Below are positions 35,787 through 42,157 of a DNA stretch of 42,157 nt, one piece after another. Source of the DNA: Gemmatimonadota bacterium (GTDB lineage: Bacteria; Gemmatimonadota; Gemmatimonadetes; Gemmatimonadales; GWC2-71-9); contig JBDHKN010000041.1 of the NCBI GenBank assembly GCA_039586365.1, positions 1 through 42,157 on the forward strand. Reading direction: 5' to 3'. The notes beneath the pieces were generated by a model that had not been told where the DNA came from, did no database searches, and saw only the letters and a list, made by a program, of their open reading frames with translations. Both the position numbers and the translations under genes were made by a program. Within the stretch, counting starts at the first letter, position 1. The number at the start of each line of letters is the position of its first letter.

Positions 35787-37355
35787 CTAATTCCGTCCCT
35801 TCATCTCCGGCCACAACTCTTGAAAGGTGCGGTGGGGCTGCCGGGCCACGTAGATCGTCTGATCGCGCTGCTCGGTGACTCCGTACGGATGTCCCACCGT
35901 GACGGCTGGCTCGATCAACTCGAACCGGCTGGCCAACGACTCCCGGCTGAATCCGACTGCAATTGTGACGTCACCGGGCTTGTCGCCCGGTCCGTAGAAC
36001 CAGTAGGTCCCGACATAGGCGATGGCTTCGGGCAGCCCGTAGCGCCGTCCGTAGAAATCGATGGCACCGGCCTCGCCATAGTTGGAGGCCCACAGCACCG
36101 CCCGCCCACGTTCATTGACGGGCAGCCCGTGGTAGACCTCGCTTACGGCTTTAACCAGGTCCTGCCACCCGAGCATGTCCGCGTAGTCCTGGGGCAGGCG
36201 CTCTACCGCTCCCACGTTGGTGGTCACTGCGGATTCTCCTCCAATTCGGGCTGCGTATGATGCCATCGCAGGCGGAGACAGGATGGGGAGTCCGAGCGGC
36301 CAAGTGACCGCTGCAAAGCCAACCACCGAGAGCAACACCACCGTACGGATTACTGCCAGGCCTCGTGGACGCTGCATCTGTTGGAGCAGAAGCGCACCAG
36401 CCGCATAGGCCAGAGGGTACACGGGAGCCAGGTAGTAGTCCTTGGCCTTGAACACTAGCAGCGACACGAAAGTGAGGGTTACGACCCACCCGAGCATCCG
36501 AAAGCGCGCCATCGATCTGCCGAGCAGGACGAAGCCAACTCCTGCCACAGCCAGCAAGGTGGTCGGACCCAGAGTGAGCTGCCCCATAACGAATTGCCAC
36601 GCCGTCACACGTACCAGCTGGTTCTCCCTCAGGTCGGCCAGGTAGCTCAACACCGGGAAGTCCAAGGCGATCTGCCCCACGATGCTAGGACTCCCAATCG
36701 CCAGTGCGAGGGTGAGTGCCAGCCAGGGACCTGCCTTGCGTAGCCATGAGCAGCGGTACGTGAGAAACAGGGCGGCCGTCACTGTCACGCCGAACACGGC
36801 GACAGTGAACTTCGTGAGCAGCCCGATGCCGGTTACTACGCCTAGGGCACTCCACCAGCGCAGTTCATCGGTTGCAGCGACTCGCGCAAGCGAGTAGAAC
36901 CCCGCCGTCCACACGAACTGGTCCACCACGACGGGCTGAAACAGTACACCGGCGCGGAGAAAGAGCGGGTTGGCGAGCACGCAAAGCGCGGCCGTCCCTT
37001 GTGCGAAACGGCCACCCCCTAGTTCGCGCGCGATCAGTGCTGCCAGAACTACCGTCGCCGTGCCGAACGCTGCGGGGACCAGTCGAATAGCGAAGAGCGA
37101 GTCGCCCAGCACAGCGCGGACCAGCTGGGCGAGCAGCGCCATGGCGGGTGGGAAGTCCATGTGGAACAGCGCCAGGTGCTCTCCCATCGCGAAGTAGAGA
37201 AACTCATCGCGGTGGAACTCATATGGGGTGACGCTACTGGTGAAGACGTGTAGCCCGAGCTTGACGGCAGCCAGGGCTACGACGAGCCCGACGGCCAGGT
37301 TCGGACGGTCTGGGGCCTCAAGCGGGATCGGTCCAGTGCTGCCCAGCGTTCGCAC
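35787..37355 (-). CDS. Integral-membrane glycosyltransferase, GT39/ArnT-like (GT-C fold)
   Basis: FHRDEFLY, DFPP, LLTKFT, KDYYLAP and NYGEAGA motifs; polytopic; AGGAGG before GTG 37355. Confidence 0.85.
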   Translation of the reverse strand: MRTLGSTGPIPLEAPDRPNLAVGLVVALAAVKLGLHVFTSSVTPYEFHRDEFLYFAMGEHLALFHMDFPPAMALLAQLVRAVLGDSLFAIRLVPAAFGTATVVLAALIARELGGGRFAQGTAALCVLANPLFLRAGVLFQPVVVDQFVWTAGFYSLARVAATDELRWWSALGVVTGIGLLTKFTVAVFGVTVTAALFLTYRCSWLRKAGPWLALTLALAIGSPSIVGQIALDFPVLSYLADLRENQLVRVTAWQFVMGQLTLGPTTLLAVAGVGFVLLGRSMARFRMLGWVVTLTFVSLLVFKAKDYYLAPVYPLAYAAGALLLQQMQRPRGLAVIRTVVLLSVVGFAAVTWPLGLPILSPPAMASYAARIGGESAVTTNVGAVERLPQDYADMLGWQDLVKAVSEVYHGLPVNERGRAVLWASNYGEAGAIDFYGRRYGLPEAIAYVGTYWFYGPGDKPGDVTIAVGFSRESLASRFELIEPAVTVGHPYGVTEQRDQTIYVARQPHRTFQELWPEMKGRN

Positions 37356-37586
37356 AAGGGAACCTCCTGTTGGGTAGCCCAACTCATAACTCAACGGCTG
37401 CAGGAGCTTGTGGGTTTCGCCGCTGTTCGATCGTGCGATTGCTCGAATGTTCGCCTGTCCCTCAATGACTCCGTGGTGAGCCGATGGGCATGATGGTATC
37501 TGTACGGCTAGTTACCCCTACAGTTTGTCCCTATCTTGCAGGTCCACGCTCCCATCACGGCTGAGCACTGCAGGCGGATACACCAC

Positions 37587-38585
37587 ATGGCGGAGAACCG
37601 GACAGACAATCGTCACCGTCGAGACGAGTACGTTGCGCGCATCAACCGCGTTGTCGATTACATCGAAGCGCACATCGATCGAGATCTCAGTCTCCAGACC
37701 TTGGCGCGGGTCGCCAACTTCTCGCCCTGTCACTTCCACCGCGTCTTCGGCGCGATGATGGGTGAGACGCTCAGCCACTTCATTCAGCGGCTCCGAGTGG
37801 AACGTGCGGCGAACATGCTCCTGCTAAACCCCAAGAGGTCGATAACCGGGATTGCTTTGGATTGCGGTTTCTCCGGCTCCGCACCCTTCGCCCGGGTGTT
37901 CCGGGAGACGTTCGGGATGAGTGCCAGCGAGTGGCGGCGCGGGACACAGCGGGTAGATCGCAAGATGAGTGAAGCGGACCGCAGGCTGGGGCAAACCGAC
38001 AGCAAGGACCGCAAAGACTTCGCGGTAGCAGTGGAGTACAGTTACGGGACACAACTCATGCAACGATGGAGGATCGCCATGAACGCCGAGAGCCCGCTGA
38101 CCGCCGAAGTCACCGTGAAGGAGATCCCGGAATTCCACGTCGCCTACATCCGGCATGTAGGTCCCTATGCCGGAGACGCGGCACTGTTCAAGCAGTTGTT
38201 TGACAAGCTCTTCACGTGGGCGGGGCCGCGCGGTCTGCTGCGCTTCCCCGAGACGAAGTTGCTGTCGGTCTACCACGACAATCCGGAGATCACGGACGAG
38301 ACCAAGCTCCGCCTCGACGTGTGCATCAGTGTTCCGGAGAACACTGAGGTGGATGGAGAGGTCGGCAAGATGGCCATCCCGGCCGGACGCTACGCGGCGG
38401 CGCATTTCGAGATCGCGCCCGACCAATACGGAGATGCCTGGAACGCGGTGTTTGGCGGTTGGTTACCGGAGAGCGGCTATCAGCCCGCCGACAGCCCGTC
38501 CTTTGAACTCTACCTCAACAACCCGGAGGAGCACCCGGAAGGCAAACACATCTTCGACATCTGCGTTCCGGTCAAGCCACTGTAG
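37587..38585 (+). CDS. AraC family regulator with a C-terminal GyrI-like ligand-binding domain
   Basis: RINRVVDYI, FSPCHFHRVF, IALDCGF...FARVF HTHs; then VAYIRHVGPY, YHDNPEIT, WLPESGY and FELY. Confidence 0.93.
   Translation: MAENRTDNRHRRDEYVARINRVVDYIEAHIDRDLSLQTLARVANFSPCHFHRVFGAMMGETLSHFIQRLRVERAANMLLLNPKRSITGIALDCGFSGSAPFARVFRETFGMSASEWRRGTQRVDRKMSEADRRLGQTDSKDRKDFAVAVEYSYGTQLMQRWRIAMNAESPLTAEVTVKEIPEFHVAYIRHVGPYAGDAALFKQLFDKLFTWAGPRGLLRFPETKLLSVYHDNPEITDETKLRLDVCISVPENTEVDGEVGKMAIPAGRYAAAHFEIAPDQYGDAWNAVFGGWLPESGYQPADSPSFELYLNNPEEHPEGKHIFDICVPVKPL
37956..38081 (+). promoter_or_regulatory. Putative intragenic promoter: three 21-bp direct repeats, -10 box, SD and in-frame ATG
   Basis: Repeats start at 37956, 37977 and 37998 (core GCArG-N4-G-N2-AA); TACAGT at 38037-38042; GGAGG at 38068-38072; ATG at 38079. 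Confidence 0.55.
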
Positions 38586-38788
38586 CCGACAGGTGGAAGT
38601 GACAACGGGGCGTGCAGCTCCAGTCGGGCGCATCCCCCATTGGCAAGTCGCTGCCAGCGAGATTTCGCGGTCCAATCCCTTGGGTGGCTGCAATCAACGA
38701 TCACCGCGAATCCGAACGCGGCATGCGAGCCAGAGAGACGTTGACGAAAAGAGAAACTAGCGTCCCGTGGATGCCTTGGAGGGACACC

Positions 38789-40369
38789 ATGAAGAGTGAC
38801 CGTCACCTTATGAGGACCTTGCTGCTCGGACTCGCCGCAGCATGCGCGGGCTGCACCCAGGCCCCGCGCGAGCCGCCCAACATCATTTTCATCTTTGCGG
38901 ACGACCACGCCACGCAGGCGGTGGGCGCATACGGGAGCCGACTCGCATCGCTAGACCCGACGCCGAACATCGACCGGTTGGCTTCGGAGGGGATGCTCTT
39001 CCACTCGGCCTTTGTAACGAACTCGATATGCGCACCAAGCCGGGCCGTGATCCTGACGGGGCAACACAGTCACCTGAACGGTGTGCCCACGAACGCGGAG
39101 CGTTTCGATTCGACCAAGGTGACCTTCCCGCAACTGCTCCAGGACGCCGGGTACCAAACGGCGATCGTGGGTAAGTGGCATCTCAAGAGCGAACCGGTGG
39201 GCTTCGACTATTGGGAAGTGCTTCCGGGGCAGGGTGTATACTACAATCCGGACTTCCGGACGCCCGATGGCATGGTACGGGATACCGGGTACGCCACCGA
39301 CCTCATCACGGACAAAGTGCTCGACTGGCTCGAGACCGGCCGTGACCCGACCCGCCCTTTCCTGCTCATGTACCAGCACAAGGCGCCCCACCGGGAGTGG
39401 ATGCCCGGTCCCGACCATCTCTCCAACTATGCCGACGTGGAGATCCCGGAGCCGCCGACGCTGTTCGACGACTATTACGGGCGCACGACGGCTGCACGGA
39501 CCCAGGCGATGTCGATCGATGTCGACATGCGGTTCGGCTACGACCTGAAGCTATGGCCCAACACCGTCAACCCTGACGACCGCTTGAACGGGGCGGTTGA
39601 GCGGACCCGCAACCGGATGACAGAGGAGCAACTCGCTGCATGGGACGCCGTCTACGGTCCCGTGAGCGCATCCTTCAACGAGGTCTCACCCACGGGAGCC
39701 GACCTTGTCCGTTGGAAGTACCGACGCTACATGGAGGATTACCTGCGATCGATCCGCTCCATCGACGACAACCTGGGCCGGCTGTTGGACTACCTCGAGG
39801 AGAGCGGACTCGCCGAAAACACGGTGGTCATCTACAACTCGGATCAGGGTTTCTTCCTCGGTGAGCACGGGTGGTTCGACAAGAGGTGGATGTACGAGGA
39901 GTCGCTCCGCGCTCCGCTGGTCGTGCGGTGGCCGAACGTGGTCGCGGCGGGGTCGGAGAACACTGATCTGATCCAGAACCTGGACTTCGCGCAGACATTC
40001 CTCGACATGGCCGGAGTCGCGGCCCCCGAGCAAATGCAGGGCCGAAGCTTGGTGCCCCTCCTTGAGGGAGACACACCGGGCGATTGGCGTGATGCCATCT
40101 ACTACCAGTACTACGAGTTTCCCGGCGTCCACTCGGTACAGCGCCACTATGGAGTGCGCACGGACCGCTACAAGCTCATCCACTACTATCTCATCGGTGA
40201 GTGGGAGCTGTTCGATTTGGAGACCGATCCGGACGAGCTACGGAGCGTCTATGACGACCCCGACCATGTGGAGGTGCGTCGAGAGTTGGAGACTCGACTC
40301 GCCGAGTTGAGGGCCCAGTACCGGGTGCCGGAGGTGGACCCGGTACCCCTCCCGGAAGGAGTGGGATGA
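38789..40369 (+). CDS. Cys-type sulfatase (S1 family), probable lipoprotein
   Basis: [27 protein letters not shown] (CxPxR), [16 protein letters not shown] and DKRWMYEES motifs; signal peptide ending AAACAGC; GGAGG before ATG 38789. Confidence 0.93.
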   Translation: MKSDRHLMRTLLLGLAAACAGCTQAPREPPNIIFIFADDHATQAVGAYGSRLASLDPTPNIDRLASEGMLFHSAFVTNSICAPSRAVILTGQHSHLNGVPTNAERFDSTKVTFPQLLQDAGYQTAIVGKWHLKSEPVGFDYWEVLPGQGVYYNPDFRTPDGMVRDTGYATDLITDKVLDWLETGRDPTRPFLLMYQHKAPHREWMPGPDHLSNYADVEIPEPPTLFDDYYGRTTAARTQAMSIDVDMRFGYDLKLWPNTVNPDDRLNGAVERTRNRMTEEQLAAWDAVYGPVSASFNEVSPTGADLVRWKYRRYMEDYLRSIRSIDDNLGRLLDYLEESGLAENTVVIYNSDQGFFLGEHGWFDKRWMYEESLRAPLVVRWPNVVAAGSENTDLIQNLDFAQTFLDMAGVAAPEQMQGRSLVPLLEGDTPGDWRDAIYYQYYEFPGVHSVQRHYGVRTDRYKLIHYYLIGEWELFDLETDPDELRSVYDDPDHVEVRRELETRLAELRAQYRVPEVDPVPLPEGVG

Positions 40370-40448
40370 GTCCCTAGGGGCTCATCCCGAGTTGGCAAGC
40401 GAGAAGGTCAGCGAGGGTGTGAGAGGCTGAAACCGCTGGTCCAACCGA

Positions 40449-41237
40449 TCACAACTTCAATTCTACCTGCGTAAGTCTTCTGCCGCTCTCAAAGAAACTC
40501 GCCGCCAGATCCGCCAGCACCTCGATGCACTTCTCCCCTATTGGTGCCGACATGCCGCGCGCGTCGCCGAGCACGCCGTTCGGCGTGACGCTCTTCATTC
40601 CTTCGCTGATGATGCGGTCCACTGTGTCCTGCGACAACTCGGCCACGAACCCCGCCTCGGCCAGATCTTCGCGCACCAGGTCAGGGTGGAGACAGAGCAT
40701 GATCGAGGTCTCCGCGATGTCGGCGTGACCTCCCACCCTGTCGCCAAGGCCGCATTCCTCATCCACCACTTGCTTCCAAACCCGCACCGTGCCGAGCAGA
40801 TCGGTGAAAGCCGCCACGTGGCAGTCCGGTCCCACGGCATCGTTTAGATCGCTCAGGGCACGATCGATCGGCGCGAAGTTCCCTCCATGAGTGGGTAGCA
40901 GGCAGATGTACCGGAAGCCGTGGTGTGCCAGACTAGTGCAGTAATCTCGGCATACGGCTACGAACGTCTCTTCTTTCAGAGTGAGGCTTCCCGGGAACGC
41001 TAGATGGTGTTCCGAGCATCCCACCCTGATCGTCGGTGCGACCAAGGCGTTGCCCAAGCGCCGCGCTACCTCCTCGCCGAGGCGCGTACCATGTTCGGCA
41101 TCCACGAATAGCGGTAAATGGGGGCCGTGTTGCTCGACGGCTCCGCAGGGCACCACCACGGTGGTCATCCCGGCTGCCAGGGCCTCAGCGATCTCCGGCC
41201 AGCGGAGGTGTTCGAGGAAGATGGTTTGCTCTGCCAT
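40449..41237 (-). CDS. Creatininase family amidohydrolase
   Basis: GAVEQHGPHLP..D, GCSEHH..FPG, HGGN, GHAD.AETS and NGVLGD motifs. Confidence 0.9.
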   Translation of the reverse strand: MAEQTIFLEHLRWPEIAEALAAGMTTVVVPCGAVEQHGPHLPLFVDAEHGTRLGEEVARRLGNALVAPTIRVGCSEHHLAFPGSLTLKEETFVAVCRDYCTSLAHHGFRYICLLPTHGGNFAPIDRALSDLNDAVGPDCHVAAFTDLLGTVRVWKQVVDEECGLGDRVGGHADIAETSIMLCLHPDLVREDLAEAGFVAELSQDTVDRIISEGMKSVTPNGVLGDARGMSAPIGEKCIEVLADLAASFFESGRRLTQVELKL

Positions 41238-41267
41238 GGTTCAGTCCATTGTTAACCCCGGGCGGTA

Positions 41268-42157
41268 GAGACTGTGTGAAATGTCGTCTTCCTCAGGGGC
41301 CGTTGTCCGGCTAAACGGCAGGTAGGTTGTTTTCCTTCCTGGGACCCTCCGTAGGGGCCTGGGATTGATCTTTTGCTCTTGCGGAATGCCTCCCCTAACC
41401 CAGGGCAGCGATCATCCGGGGCACACCAACAATCCGGATCACACGCTTCAGATTGTAGGCCAGAACCGTCATACTCCATTCCGTCGCGACCTTCTCGAGG
41501 CCACGCAACAGGAAGTAGCCCTGGTCCATCCACCGCTTCGCAGTGCCAAAAGGATGCTCGGCAAGCATCGCACGCTGATTCATTATCTTCGGTCGTGCAG
41601 CAAGCCGTCGCGCCATCTCCTCCAGTACAGCCTCATGCTCCCAACGCTCAATCTTGCGACCATGCCGACTACGCGTACACTGCGCCTTGATTTCACAACC
41701 ACCACAAGCCGCGGTGCGATAATGATGATACCAGCGACCCCGCTTCTCGGCTGTCGATCGATAGCTCAACACCTCGCCAGCGGGACACCGATAACAGTCC
41801 CGTGACTCGTCATACGTGAAGTCATCCTTCGTAAACAGCCCGCGCTGCCAACTGCCCGAGATCCGGCTTCGCAACCAATGGCGTCACTCCAACATCCACA
41901 CACGCCTTGATCTCTGACGCATTGTAGTATCCCCGATCCGCCACTACCGTCAGCCCTTCCACGCCTAACTCCGCCTGCGCCTTGCTCGCCATCGAGCCCA
42001 GGGCGTGTAGGTCATTGACCCCATTCGTTACTTCGTGCGCCACAATCAACTTGTGCTTCGCCTCCACCGCCGCTTGCACATTGTAGCTCACTTCCGTCCG
42101 CATCCCACTCTTCATCCGCCGACTGTCAGGATCCGTAAGAGACACCTGCTGCTCACC
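41268..42157 (-). mobile_element. IS1182-family insertion sequence (3' part; runs off the window)
   Basis: Transposase remains, plus a terminus-like sequence GAGACTGTGTGAAA at 41268-41281 (TTTCACACAGTCTC on the coding strand). The partner end is outside the window. Confidence 0.8.
41395..42157 (-). pseudogene. IS1182-family DDE transposase, frameshifted
   Basis: SLTDPDSR.M, YNVQ and VADRGY lie in one frame; F.YD...D.Y.CPAG, CxxC, EHPFG..K and AYNLKR lie in another; the frames switch near 41863. Confidence 0.88.

Noticed and set aside
40449..41237. mftE (mycofactocin peptidase) assignment
   Set aside because: It is the same family, but no mft genes are nearby, so the substrate cannot be assigned.
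41238..41285. Hybrid promoter from IS -35 (TTCACA) and host -10 (TAACAA)
   Set aside because: The spacing is about 20 bp and the -10 match is poor.
41822..41874. Programmed ribosomal frameshift in the transposase
   Set aside because: There is no slippery heptamer, and IS1182 transposases are normally single ORFs.

Overview
GC-rich chromosomal window from a diderm bacterium. The gene content (PadR-ADOP pairs, BlaI/M56, GxxExxY, many lipoproteins and beta-barrels) suggests Gemmatimonadota or Acidobacteriota; this is an inference. Left to right: (1) a sugar-catabolic cluster with two Gfo/Idh/MocA oxidoreductases, an MFS transporter, DUF1080, a relic amidohydrolase fragment, eda and kdgK; (2) a minus-strand cydAB, outer-membrane protein and lipoprotein rhodanese run; (3) a DUF5107-TPR plus DUF6067-like glycoside hydrolase pair; (4) three PadR plus orphan MacB-like (ADOP) permease cassettes, each with its own upstream palindrome; (5) a BlaI, M56 peptidase and exported ankyrin/MBL-fold operon; (6) PD40 lipoprotein, GxxExxY, esterase, beta-barrel, GT39-like, AraC-GyrI, sulfatase and creatininase-family genes; (7) a frameshifted IS1182-family element running off the right edge. 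The most striking non-annotated signal is nested expression. The AraC-GyrI linker carries three 21-bp direct repeats, a -10 box, GGAGG and an in-frame ATG. Similar internal SD+ATG signals occur in the M56 gene (ahead of a lipoprotein signal peptide) and in two ADOP genes. No rRNA, tRNA or CRISPR array was seen. All family calls come from motif recognition by eye, not from database searches.
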